The position numbers and the translations under genes were made by a program. Of a stretch of DNA of 64,000 nt, positions 23,736 through 33,359 are shown in pieces; position 1 is the stretch's first letter; each line of letters opens with the position of its first letter. The notes beneath the pieces were generated by a model. It searched no databases, was not told the origin of the DNA, and saw only the letters and a list, made by a program, of their open reading frames with translations. The stretch is from positions 22,126 to 86,125 of the forward strand of contig JAZNDG010000067.1 in assembly GCA_045587985.1 (NCBI GenBank). Direction: 5' to 3'. This DNA comes from Eubacteriales bacterium (GTDB lineage: Bacteria > Bacillota > Clostridia > Oscillospirales > CAG-272).

Positions 23736-26102
23736 ATGTTGCTTTCTATGAACTGGATCGGCGATTTTGTCGATCTTTCGGGGCTTGATAAAAAGGCCCT
23801 TATCCATCGCTTCACCCTCTCGACAGCAGAGGTCGAGGACGTCATTGAAAAGGGGAGTGACACCTATGGTGTCATCGTGGCCGAGATCGCCTCGGTTGAG
23901 GACCATCCGAAGTCGAAAAAGCTCCACCTTCTGAAGATCAACACCGGCAGCGGCCTTGTTGACTGCGTGTGCGGCGCACCCAATGTGCGTGTCGGTATGC
24001 GCGTGGCGTTTGCCACCGAGGGCGGCTCGGTTGCCGGCCATGCGATCGGCGCGGCCACCGTGGCGGGCTTTCCCTCCTTCGGTATGTGCTGCTCGGAGGC
24101 AGAGCTCGGCATCAGCGCCGACAACTCGGGGCTTTTCGAGATCACCGATGAGATTCCGCTCGGCACCGATATCAAGAGCGTTTACGACCTTGACGATATC
24201 CTCTTTGAGGTGGATAACAAGTCGCTTACCAACCGCCCCGATCTTTGGGGACACTACGGCATTGCGCGTGAGCTTGCCGCGCTTGCAGACCGCCCGCTCC
24301 GCCCCGTGCCCACCGCCGATACTGCAGCCTACCGCAATCTGCCTGCGGTAGAGATCGACATCCGAGATACCGAGCATGCCTACCGCTACATCGGCGTGAA
24401 GGTGGAGGGGATCGAGGCGCACGTGAGCCCTGTCAATATGCGCATCCGTCTTTTCTATTGCGGCAGCCGCGCCATCAACCTGCTGGCCGACCTTACGAAC
24501 TACGTGATGCTTGAGCTCGGCCAGCCGATGCACGCCTTCGACCTGCGCCGCGTTTCGCGCATAGAGGTGCAGCGCTTTTCCGAGCCCTTCGCCTTCAAGA
24601 CGCTTGACGGCCAGGAGCGCAGGATGGACGAGAACAGCCTCATGATCACATCGGGTGACGTTCCCGTGGCTGTGGCCGGCATCATGGGCGGCCTTGACTC
24701 CGAGATCCTTGACGATACCACATCCCTTCTTCTTGAGAGCGCCACCTTTGACGGGGTTTCGATCAGAAAGACCTCCTCCCGCCTCGGTCTGCGTACCGAT
24801 GCCAGCATGCGCTATGAGAAAATGCTGGATCCCGAGCTGTGCCTGACCGCCACCGCCCGCTTCCTTTGCTTGCTTCTTGCCATCTGCCCCGAGGCGCGCG
24901 TGATCAGCGCCGTGACCGATGTCTATCCCACTCACTATCCCACCATTGAGATGAATATCGATAAGGCATACGTTGACCGCTATACCGGCATCGATATCTC
25001 CTCCGACCGTATTGAGCACACGCTTTCCTCGCTCGGATTTGGTCTTGTGCGCACGGGGGATGCCTTCTGTGTGACCGTGCCCTCCTGGCGCGCCACCAAG
25101 GACGTGACCATTCCTGCCGACCTCATTGAGGAGATCACCCGTATCTACGGCTATGATAACTTTGAGATCTATACCGCAAAGAGTGAGCTTGCGCCGGTGC
25201 TCCCCGAGCTTCCCGCTACCGATGAGAACCGTGCCAAGACCTTGCTTGTCGAGGCCTTCCGCCTGCATGAGGTGCATTCCTACGTGTGGTGTGATGCCGC
25301 CAAGCACCGTGCGCTCGGTCTTGTGCCCGAAAAAAATGTACGCATTCTGAATCCCCAGACGCCCGACCACGGCATTTTGCGTAATGCGATGGCGCCCACC
25401 CTCCTTTCCTTCCTTGCCGAGAACCGCACGGCGGGCGAGGAGTACGGCCTCTTTGAGGTCGGCCGCACGGTCGAGGGGCTTCGTGAGGATGGTGACTGCA
25501 ATGAGCGCCGCATCCTCGGCATCGCGCTTTACAGCCGCGAAAAGAGTGAAGAAACGCTCTTCCTTGATCTTTCGGATCTTGTGCGTACGCTGATCGAAAC
25601 GCTGAAGCATACCGAGGCGGTCTTTGCGCCTATTGAGGCACGGCACGCCTGGGAGCACCCGGTCAACACCTTCTCGGTATCGGCCTCGGGAACGCTTGTG
25701 GGTACCCTCTCGGTGCCGCATCCGACCGTTCTTGCCGCGATCGACAAGAAGGCCGCCGTTGCCTTCTGTGAGCTGGATATGGACCTGCTTTCTTCGGTCG
25801 AGCCCACCGCCATCCGCTACCGCGAGGCCTCGCGCTTCCCGGGGATCGATGTGGATATGACCTACGTTGTGCGTCTTTCGGAGCTTGACTATGCAAGCGT
25901 GCGCGCAGCCGCCCTTGCGGCAAGCCCCCTGCTTTCGTCTGTTGCCCTTGTCGGCACCTATGAAAAGGACGGGGTCGAGACCCTCACGCTTCGCTTCTCC
26001 TTTGTGTCGGACGAGCATACCCTTGCAAGGGCAGAGCTCTCCTCCGATCTTGAGGCTGTGCAGACGGCGCTTGCTTCTCTCGGCCTTGCCGCGCAGAATT
26101 AA
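23736..26102 (+). CDS. pheT: Phenylalanine--tRNA ligase beta subunit
   Basis: 788 aa. The N-terminal tRNA-binding domain contains HPKSKKLHLLKINTG. B3/4 and B5 regions and a C-terminal FDX-ACB-like domain follow. Confidence 0.9.
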   Translation: MLLSMNWIGDFVDLSGLDKKALIHRFTLSTAEVEDVIEKGSDTYGVIVAEIASVEDHPKSKKLHLLKINTGSGLVDCVCGAPNVRVGMRVAFATEGGSVAGHAIGAATVAGFPSFGMCCSEAELGISADNSGLFEITDEIPLGTDIKSVYDLDDILFEVDNKSLTNRPDLWGHYGIARELAALADRPLRPVPTADTAAYRNLPAVEIDIRDTEHAYRYIGVKVEGIEAHVSPVNMRIRLFYCGSRAINLLADLTNYVMLELGQPMHAFDLRRVSRIEVQRFSEPFAFKTLDGQERRMDENSLMITSGDVPVAVAGIMGGLDSEILDDTTSLLLESATFDGVSIRKTSSRLGLRTDASMRYEKMLDPELCLTATARFLCLLLAICPEARVISAVTDVYPTHYPTIEMNIDKAYVDRYTGIDISSDRIEHTLSSLGFGLVRTGDAFCVTVPSWRATKDVTIPADLIEEITRIYGYDNFEIYTAKSELAPVLPELPATDENRAKTLLVEAFRLHEVHSYVWCDAAKHRALGLVPEKNVRILNPQTPDHGILRNAMAPTLLSFLAENRTAGEEYGLFEVGRTVEGLREDGDCNERRILGIALYSREKSEETLFLDLSDLVRTLIETLKHTEAVFAPIEARHAWEHPVNTFSVSASGTLVGTLSVPHPTVLAAIDKKAAVAFCELDMDLLSSVEPTAIRYREASRFPGIDVDMTYVVRLSELDYASVRAAALAASPLLSSVALVGTYEKDGVETLTLRFSFVSDEHTLARAELSSDLEAVQTALASLGLAAQN

Positions 26103-26113
26103 GACTGCCGAAA

Positions 26114-26149
26114 CAAAAAAAGAGGTACCGCATCGGTACCTCTTTTTTA
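26114..26149. terminator. Bidirectional terminator between pheT and the convergent membrane-protein gene
   Basis: AGAGGTACCG-CAT-CGGTACCTCT, flanked by AAAAAAA on one side and TTTTTT on the other. Confidence 0.8.
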
Positions 26150-26815
26150 TAAGTAAAAGCGAGGGCGTCCTTGCCTTTCACTCAGGAAGACCACATCGTT
26201 TCTCATCGCGGGCACGATTACCTTGGCGATCATGGCGGTGATAAAGAGAAGGCCAAAAACGCAGACAAGCGCGAGCTTTGAGGGGTAGAAATGGTACACC
26301 GTTACGGCGGCCGCCAGTGCACCGCATGCCCGCCCAAGCACCACGAAAATCGGCAGGATCAGGGGGTTTAGGAACAGAAGGAGGAGAAAGGCCGCCGCAC
26401 CCCCAAGCGCGATGGGCAGGCGGTTGTGCCCCGGCAGGAGCAGGGTAAAAGCATAATAGAACACCACCGATAGGATGCCAAGCTCAAAGAGAAACACAAA
26501 GGCCGAGAACAGCCCCCGCACGACAAGCGCGCCGATAAGCCCGACAAGGAGAATGATGCCGATCTTGGCATAGCGGTGGGTGGCGGCAAGGCTTGCAAGC
26601 ACGTTCCCCGAAAGGAAAAGACCGAGAAAGCAGCCGCCAAAGAAGCCGAGTGCGGGCAGAAGGAGCTCGACAAGGCGCGGCCCGAAATAGCAAACGATCA
26701 GGCCAAAGGCTAAAATAAGGGCAAAGACGGTAAGATCGACCGCCTCTGTCTTTGTGCCGAGAAATTTCGCGCTCGGTGAAAAGCGCGCGATCTTTGCGAG
26801 GATCTCCTCGATCAT
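26147..26815 (-). CDS. Polytopic membrane protein of unknown function
   Basis: The start MIEEILAKIARF was chosen because GGGAGGTG lies 5 nt upstream. About six hydrophobic helices are present. Confidence 0.6.
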   Translation of the reverse strand: MIEEILAKIARFSPSAKFLGTKTEAVDLTVFALILAFGLIVCYFGPRLVELLLPALGFFGGCFLGLFLSGNVLASLAATHRYAKIGIILLVGLIGALVVRGLFSAFVFLFELGILSVVFYYAFTLLLPGHNRLPIALGGAAAFLLLLFLNPLILPIFVVLGRACGALAAAVTVYHFYPSKLALVCVFGLLFITAMIAKVIVPAMRNDVVFLSERQGRPRFYL

Positions 26816-27024
26816 CTGAACACCTCCCAAACGAAATCGGCAGGCGTGCAAGTTTTTTTGCACGATGGCCGGTAAGCACTTGAAAAATTATAAAAGTATG
26901 TTATAATTATATATGCGGTAATAGCGCGCGAGCGCGCCTACGCACCCTACCACTATTATACCGCATCTTCACGTGACCGTCAAGGTCATTCCGAAATAAA
27001 AATCAAGGCAAGGAGAAGGAAGGA

Positions 27025-27729
27025 ATGGAGCGCATTTATACAATACCTGTCAATGAGGCGTTTGATGCATCCGCGGCGGACGCGGCCTGCGGTTGCCCGA
27101 TCTGCGCGCTCTACCGCAAGCTTGAGGAGGATGAGCTTTCCCTGATCCTCGGCGGCTCCATGATGGAGCCGGATGTGCGCATCCGCACCAATGAGCTCGG
27201 CTTCTGCGGCACTCACTTTGATAAGCTGTTTACAAGAAAAAACCGCCTCGGCCTTGCCCTCATTTTAGAGAGCCATCTTGCCGAGGTGAAGGAGAAAATG
27301 GCGGGGGGCGGGCTTTCCTCCCTCTTCGGCAGCCGTGCTGCCAAGGTGGCAGAGGCCACGGGCCGGCTTTCGGACACCTGCTATATCTGCGAGCGGATCG
27401 AGCACAATCTTTCCGGGATGCTTGCCACGGCAGTCCTTCTTTATGAGGAGGATATGGCTTTCCGCAAAAAGGTGGCGGCCCAGCCCTATTTCTGCCTTCC
27501 GCATCTTCACCGCCTTCTTACGGTGGGGAAGGCCAATCTTTCGAAAAAGCTGTTTGCCGATTTCGCAAAGGCCGTGCAGGAGCCGGTTGACCGTTATCTT
27601 GAGGCCCTTTCGGGGGATGTCAGCTGGTTCTGCAAGAAATTTGACTATCGCTATGGGGATGAGCCCTGGTACAACTCAAAGGATGCAGTCGAGCGTGCCA
27701 TTGCCTTCCTCAGTGGCGCCGAAAGGTGA
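27025..27729 (+). CDS. Cys-rich DUF6062-like protein
   Basis: 234 aa beginning MERIYTIPVNEAFD. It has the CxxC pairs CGCPICALY and CYICERIEH, plus FCGTHF and FCLPHLHRLL. Confidence 0.6.
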   Translation: MERIYTIPVNEAFDASAADAACGCPICALYRKLEEDELSLILGGSMMEPDVRIRTNELGFCGTHFDKLFTRKNRLGLALILESHLAEVKEKMAGGGLSSLFGSRAAKVAEATGRLSDTCYICERIEHNLSGMLATAVLLYEEDMAFRKKVAAQPYFCLPHLHRLLTVGKANLSKKLFADFAKAVQEPVDRYLEALSGDVSWFCKKFDYRYGDEPWYNSKDAVERAIAFLSGAER

Positions 27730-27732
27730 ACT

Positions 27733-30039
27733 ATGATCATTGAACGTATTGTGATCGGGAGCTTTGGCAATCTCTCGGATCTTCACCTTGAATTCGGCCC
27801 GGGGCTCAATGTCCTTGTCGGGGACAACGAATCGGGCAAGAGCATGGTGGCCGCCTTTATCCGGTATATGCTGTACGGCTTTGCGCAAAATGCGCCGAGT
27901 GATCTGCCCGAGCGTGAAAAGCGCGTCAGCTGGCAAAACGGCGTGGCAGAGGGGCAGATGGAGGTCCGTCTTGCCGATGGCAGGCGGCTGCGCATCCAGC
28001 GCCGTACGGTGGCAACCGAGCAGGCAGGGCGGATCGGCTACCGCGAGGAGAGCAGCCTTGTCGATCTTGCCGATGGGAGCGTATTGCCCTTCCGCGCGCT
28101 CCCCGGGGATGCCTTTTTCGCCGTGCCCGAGCAGGTGTATGTCAACACCGCCTTCTTTGACCAGGCCTCCGGCGCCCGCTTTAATCAGAACGAGATGGCG
28201 CAGGCCATGGAAAACCTCCTTTTCTCGGGGGATGAGCGCGTCAGCTCACAGCGTGCCCTTAAAACCATGCGTGAGGCGCGCTATTCGCTCTCTCACCCAA
28301 GCGGGGTGGGCGGCGCGATCTACGAGCTTTCCTCACAGAGTGATGCCATCCGCATCCGCCTGACACAGGCGATGCGCCGCAGCGCCCAGATCCATAAGAC
28401 CGAGGCGGATCTGCATAAGCTCTCCGAAAATATTGCCCGTGCCGAGGCAGAGCGTGACCGCCTTGCCGAGGTGGAGGGCTACTACCGCGGCTATCTGACG
28501 ATCTGCTCGTTTGATAAGCTTCACGAGATCGAAAGCAAGTATTCCTCTCTCTCGGATGAGCGCACGGCGCTGCACCGGGAGGCCGGCCTTTCGGACTTTG
28601 TGCCGGATGAGGGGTATCTTGCCTCGCTCCAGACGGCCGAGCGTGTGACCGAGATCGCAAGGCAGAACTACCTGCGTACCGAGGAAAAGGTGCTGGCCGT
28701 TAAGCGGAACGAGGAACTAAACGAGGAGGAGGAGCTTCTCCTTCAGCGTGCCGATGAGGCGGGCGGCACTGCCGCCGTAGAGCGTGAATATGCGGGGCTT
28801 CATAAAAAGGCCGGCCTGTTCCGCACGCTCGGCTGGGCGCTTCTTTCGCTTGCCGTTATCCTTCTCGGCCTTTCGCTTGCCCTTCTTTGGCCGATCACCC
28901 TTTCTCCCGTATCCGCGCTTCTTGCCGTCCTTGTGCTTTGCGTTGTGGCCGCCTCTGTCGTGTGCTTTGGCAACCGCCGCAAGACGGCCGAGCGGATCGC
29001 TTTGCTTTGTGCGCGCTTTTCGGCGGCCACGGGTGGTGACCTGCTTTGCAGAATGGAGGAGGCGGAGCGCGCCCGCCGTATGATCAGAGAGAGGCATGAG
29101 AGCATATTGCGTGCCGAGGAAAACGCCGATATCTCCCGCGGAAATTACGAGGCATTAAGAGCCGAGCTTCTGGCCCTTGCCGAGCGCTGGGACAGGGGCT
29201 ACACCCTTCCGCCTCTGCCGGATAAGATCCCGCCGATCAGCGAGGATGTCCGTGCCTTTATCGAAAGGGACCGCGCGCTGGCCGAGGAGCTTGCCGAGGT
29301 GCGCGGCCGTATGAGTGTTTTGCGTGAGGAGCTTGCGGGCGAAAACGAGATCACCGTCCGTGCTCAGGTGCCGCCCGCCCGCCGCGAGGCCATGAAAAAG
29401 ATCAATTTCAAGACCATCCAAGAGGGTCTTGCCTATTACCGCACCGCCTGCGAAAATTTCCACGCGCAGTACGGGGGGCTTCTCGGTGAGCTGAACGAAT
29501 ACAGAAGAACGGCCGAGAACCCGGCGCTTTTGCGTGCGGAGCTTGCGGCCATGGAGGATCGGGTTGCCGACCTGCGCCGCCGCTACCGCGCGTACGGCAT
29601 CGCCTCGGATGCGATCGGAAGTGCAAGCGACAGACTGCGTGCCGAGATCTCGCCCCGCCTTTCGGAGGCATCGGGGCGTATGCTCTCGGAGGCGACCGGC
29701 GGCCGCTATACCATGCTGGAGGTCACCAACCGCCTGGCCATGGCGTACAGAGACGAGGAGGGAAATGCCCGTCCCTTTGCGAGCATCAGCGGCTCGGCAG
29801 GAGAGATCGCCTATATTGCCCTGCGTCTTGCGCTGATCGATATGCTGTATGAGGAAACGCCGCCGCTCTGCTTTGACGGCAGCCTTGCCCATCAGGACGA
29901 TGCGAGAATTTCTGCGATGATGAAGCTGCTTTCGGCCGCGTGTGAGAGTGGGATGCAGAGCATTCTTCTCACCTGCCACCGCCATGAGGCCGAGATTGCC
30001 AAAGCGGTGGACGAGGGCGCCCGTTGCCTGACTCTTTGA
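27733..30039 (+). CDS. SbcC/YhaN-like coiled-coil AAA ATPase with a central transmembrane hairpin
   Basis: 768 aa. Walker A is LNVLVGDNESGKSM. Long coiled coils are interrupted by LGWALLSLAVILLGLSLALLWPITLSPVSALLAVLVLCVVAASVVCF. The signature-like motif is ISGSAGE. The Walker B region reads PPLCFDGS, with no acidic residue after the Asp. Confidence 0.75.
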   Translation: MIIERIVIGSFGNLSDLHLEFGPGLNVLVGDNESGKSMVAAFIRYMLYGFAQNAPSDLPEREKRVSWQNGVAEGQMEVRLADGRRLRIQRRTVATEQAGRIGYREESSLVDLADGSVLPFRALPGDAFFAVPEQVYVNTAFFDQASGARFNQNEMAQAMENLLFSGDERVSSQRALKTMREARYSLSHPSGVGGAIYELSSQSDAIRIRLTQAMRRSAQIHKTEADLHKLSENIARAEAERDRLAEVEGYYRGYLTICSFDKLHEIESKYSSLSDERTALHREAGLSDFVPDEGYLASLQTAERVTEIARQNYLRTEEKVLAVKRNEELNEEEELLLQRADEAGGTAAVEREYAGLHKKAGLFRTLGWALLSLAVILLGLSLALLWPITLSPVSALLAVLVLCVVAASVVCFGNRRKTAERIALLCARFSAATGGDLLCRMEEAERARRMIRERHESILRAEENADISRGNYEALRAELLALAERWDRGYTLPPLPDKIPPISEDVRAFIERDRALAEELAEVRGRMSVLREELAGENEITVRAQVPPARREAMKKINFKTIQEGLAYYRTACENFHAQYGGLLGELNEYRRTAENPALLRAELAAMEDRVADLRRRYRAYGIASDAIGSASDRLRAEISPRLSEASGRMLSEATGGRYTMLEVTNRLAMAYRDEEGNARPFASISGSAGEIAYIALRLALIDMLYEETPPLCFDGSLAHQDDARISAMMKLLSAACESGMQSILLTCHRHEAEIAKAVDEGARCLTL

Positions 30040-30050
30040 AAGGAGAAGCC

Positions 30051-30959
30051 ATGAGTAAGATACTGATCTTCGGTCCTGCCAGAACGGTCGAGACCCTGAC
30101 CGTCAGCACGACCTCTGGGGATGCCGAGGGCATCCGCTACGAAACCGTTCTCTCGGGCGAGGGCGAGACCCTTGCCGTTACGGTGGCCCGCCTTGGCGGC
30201 CGTGCCGTCTTTGCCGGCCGTGTGGGGGACGATTCGGGCGGGAAGCGCCTTGTGCGCCTTCTCGATGCCGAAGGGGTGGACCTTTCCTGCTTCCGTGTGG
30301 ACCGCGGCGCGCAGACAGGGCACACCGTCCTTGAATGCGATGAGAGCGGCGCCTCTCGCGGCATCCGCTTTGCGGGGGCCAATGCCCGCTATACCGAGGA
30401 GGAGGTGCGTACCGCCTTTCAGACCTCGCCGGATGCCGTCTGCCTCGTTGGCGACCTGCCGCTTGCCATTCTTATGCGCATCGGCGAGATCGCGGCCGAG
30501 CGCGCGGTGCCTCTTTTCTACCTCTATACACTTGGCGCGACACTTGCTGAAAATCTGCCTCGCCTTGAGATCTTTATGACCGATGAGGCGGCCGCCGAGG
30601 GGCTGACCGGGATCCGCCCCTCGGGCACCGATACCTGCCTTGCCGCCGCCATTGCGCTTGGCAAGCGCTTTTCGGCCCGCTATTTCGTGATTCGCCTTGG
30701 CGAGCGGGGGGCCTTCGTCTATGACGGCACCTACTGCTACGTCATCAATTCCTTTATCGTTCCCGCTACCGATCCGCGCGGTGCGACCGAGGTGTTCTTC
30801 GGTGCTGCCGTTTGCGAATATATGCGTGACCCCTCCGAGCTTCTCGGCGCGCTTCGCTATGCCGCCGCGGTTTCGGCTCTCTCCGAAACGCACGAGGGGG
30901 ATGCGGTCTCGGCCCCCACGGCCGATGAGGTCATGGGCTTTCTTGAACGGAACGGATGA
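30051..30959 (+). CDS. PfkB-family carbohydrate/nucleoside kinase
   Basis: The start MSKILIFGP follows GAAAGGAG. It has a ribokinase-like fold, with the C-terminal motif ATDPRGATEVFFGA (DTxGAGD-like). Confidence 0.65.
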   Translation: MSKILIFGPARTVETLTVSTTSGDAEGIRYETVLSGEGETLAVTVARLGGRAVFAGRVGDDSGGKRLVRLLDAEGVDLSCFRVDRGAQTGHTVLECDESGASRGIRFAGANARYTEEEVRTAFQTSPDAVCLVGDLPLAILMRIGEIAAERAVPLFYLYTLGATLAENLPRLEIFMTDEAAAEGLTGIRPSGTDTCLAAAIALGKRFSARYFVIRLGERGAFVYDGTYCYVINSFIVPATDPRGATEVFFGAAVCEYMRDPSELLGALRYAAAVSALSETHEGDAVSAPTADEVMGFLERNG

Positions 30960-31933
30960 AGGGGAATCTTTACGAAAAGGACGGAACACCGAGGGCGGTT
31001 GCCATCGTAGGGCCGACTGCATCCGGTAAGACGGCCCTTTCGCTTGCCCTTGGGGAAGCCTTCCTTGGCGAGATCGTGGGCTGTGACTCAATGCAGATCT
31101 ATCGCGGCATGGATATCGGTACCGCCAAGCCAACCGCGGAGGAGCGCGCGCGCCTTCCTCACCATATGTTTGATTTTCTCTCGCCCGATACGCCGTACAG
31201 CGCCGCCGACTATGCCGAGGATGCGATGCGCTCTGTCCTTGACATCCTCTCCCGTGGGCGCGTGCCGATCCTTGTGGGCGGCACGGGGCTTTACCTTGAA
31301 GCCTTGCGCACCGCACGGCATGAGGGGCTGCCCGCCGTACCGGATGCGCTGCGCGCCGCGCTTCTTCGTGAGGCCGAGGAGCGTGGGGCAGAGGCGATGT
31401 ACCGTGAGCTTTCGCAGATCGATCCCGAGGCGGCCGCAGCGATCCACCCGCATAACCAAAGGCGGGTCCTGCGTGCGCTTGAGATTTACCGTACCACCGG
31501 CCGCAGGAAAAGCGAGCTGGATGCCGAGCGCGCCTCCTTGGCGCCCCGCCTTTCGCTTCTCGTCTTCGGGCTTTTCCCCACCGACCGCGCCGTGCTTCAC
31601 GAGCGGATCGACCGCCGTGTGGATGCGATGGTGGCAGAGGGCCTGCGAGGGGAGGTAGAGGCGCTTCTCCGTGAGGGCTATCTTAAGGAGGGCACGACCG
31701 CAGGGGCGGCCATCGGCTATAAGGAATATGCCGAGGCCATCCGCTTGGAGATCAGCGAGGAGGAGGCCATCCGCCGGATCAAGGTGGCCACCCACCGCTA
31801 TGCCCGCCGCCAGTTGACCTGGTTCCGTGCCACAAAGGATATCCTGCCGCTTGCGTGCGGCAAGGATGGCGTTGAGGAGGAGGCGGTACGCACCGCCCAC
31901 CGCCTTACCGCCGAGTTTTTTGAGATGCAATGA
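30956..31933 (+). CDS. miaA: tRNA dimethylallyltransferase
   Basis: P-loop IVGPTASGKTALS, DSMQIYRGMDIGTAKPT and YAKRQLTWF-like HRYARRQLTWF. Confidence 0.9.
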   Translation: MKGNLYEKDGTPRAVAIVGPTASGKTALSLALGEAFLGEIVGCDSMQIYRGMDIGTAKPTAEERARLPHHMFDFLSPDTPYSAADYAEDAMRSVLDILSRGRVPILVGGTGLYLEALRTARHEGLPAVPDALRAALLREAEERGAEAMYRELSQIDPEAAAAIHPHNQRRVLRALEIYRTTGRRKSELDAERASLAPRLSLLVFGLFPTDRAVLHERIDRRVDAMVAEGLRGEVEALLREGYLKEGTTAGAAIGYKEYAEAIRLEISEEEAIRRIKVATHRYARRQLTWFRATKDILPLACGKDGVEEEAVRTAHRLTAEFFEMQ

Positions 31934-31943
31934 GGACCGCGCT

Positions 31944-33221
31944 ATGAAGGATACCGAATGGATCGCCCGCCTTGCCGAGCGAAGGTCCTTGCAGTTTACC
32001 GGCCTTTACGGGGATGATCAGGACGCTTGCGACCGTTACCTTGCGGCCATTGCCGCCTTTTGCGCGGCGTACGGAGAGGGGCGGGACATCACCCTCTTTT
32101 CCGCGCCCGGCCGCACCGAGGTGTCGGGCAATCATACCGACCATAACCACGGCAGGATCTTAGCGGCGGCGGTGAATCGCGATACCGTCATGATCGCCGC
32201 GAAAAGCGATGCCCCCCTCATCCGTCTTACAAGTGAGGGGTACGGCGAGATCACTGTTTCTCTTGCCGATTGCAAGGAGCCCCACCACTACGAAAAGGGG
32301 AGCTCTGCCGCCCTGATCGCCGGTCTTGTCGGCGGCCTTGCGCGCGGCGGCTATACACTTGGCGGCCTTGATGCATACATCACCACCCGCGTGCCCGAGG
32401 GCTCGGGGCTTTCCTCCTCCGCCGCCTTTGAGGTCGTGGTGGGGACGGCGCTTTCGCACTTTTTCTGTGACGGTGCCCTTTCTCCCATTGACCTGGCGCG
32501 GCTTGCGCAATACGCCGAGAACGTGTATTTCGGCAAGCCCTGTGGGCTGATGGACCAGCTCGTTTCGGCGGTCGGCGGCTTTGTGGAGGTGGATTTCCGT
32601 GATCCTAAGGCCCCCACCGTAAAGCCGATCACCTCGCCGCTTGAGGAGGCGGGGTATCTGCTTGCCATTGTGAATACGGGCGGCAGCCATGCCGACCTTA
32701 CAGACGAATATGCGGCCGTATCGGCGGAAATGAAGGCGGTGGCCTCCTATTTCGGAAAAGAGGTGCTTTGCGGCATCACCGAGGCCGAGATCGTTTCGAA
32801 TATTCCGGTTCTGCGCCGCGCCCTCGGCGACCGTCCTATCCTGCGCGCGCTTCATTTCGTGCGCGAGACAGGGCGTGTGGCGCTTGCTTCCCGGGCGCTC
32901 TCGGAGGGCAGGATTGACGATTTCCTCTCGCTTGTTTTGGCCTCGGGGCGCTCAAGCTTTGAATATCTGCAGAACGTCTATACCCCGAAGCATAAGGACG
33001 AGCAGGGGCTCTCCCTCGCGCTGGCTCTTGCCGAGGGGGCGCTTGCAGGCAAGCGCCCCGCCTTCCGTGTGCACGGCGGCGGCTTTGCCGGTACGGTGCA
33101 GGTCTTTCTCCCGCGCGAGCATGCACAGGCCTTTTCGGCTCTTGTCGATTCGGTCTTTGGCAAGGGGGCGTGTATGCTCCTCTCGGTCAGGAGCGCGGGC
33201 GCAACCGTGATCGATGCTTGA
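31944..33221 (+). CDS. galK: Galactokinase-family GHMP kinase
   Basis: The start MKDTEWIARL was chosen on context. APGRTEVSGNHTDHNHGRILAAAV is the galactokinase signature variant. GSGLSSSAAFEV is the GHMP motif. Confidence 0.7.
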   Translation: MKDTEWIARLAERRSLQFTGLYGDDQDACDRYLAAIAAFCAAYGEGRDITLFSAPGRTEVSGNHTDHNHGRILAAAVNRDTVMIAAKSDAPLIRLTSEGYGEITVSLADCKEPHHYEKGSSAALIAGLVGGLARGGYTLGGLDAYITTRVPEGSGLSSSAAFEVVVGTALSHFFCDGALSPIDLARLAQYAENVYFGKPCGLMDQLVSAVGGFVEVDFRDPKAPTVKPITSPLEEAGYLLAIVNTGGSHADLTDEYAAVSAEMKAVASYFGKEVLCGITEAEIVSNIPVLRRALGDRPILRALHFVRETGRVALASRALSEGRIDDFLSLVLASGRSSFEYLQNVYTPKHKDEQGLSLALALAEGALAGKRPAFRVHGGGFAGTVQVFLPREHAQAFSALVDSVFGKGACMLLSVRSAGATVIDA

Positions 33222-33359
33222 TGTACCGTTTTTGGTACACGGTGTGTTATATACTTAATACGGAAAAAGGCAAAGGCGGGACGGGGTATGCCGTTTTACG
33301 GATGCGCTCCCCCCTTGCGGAGCCTTTAAAAAGTGAAATTCAGAAAAGGAGACAGATAC

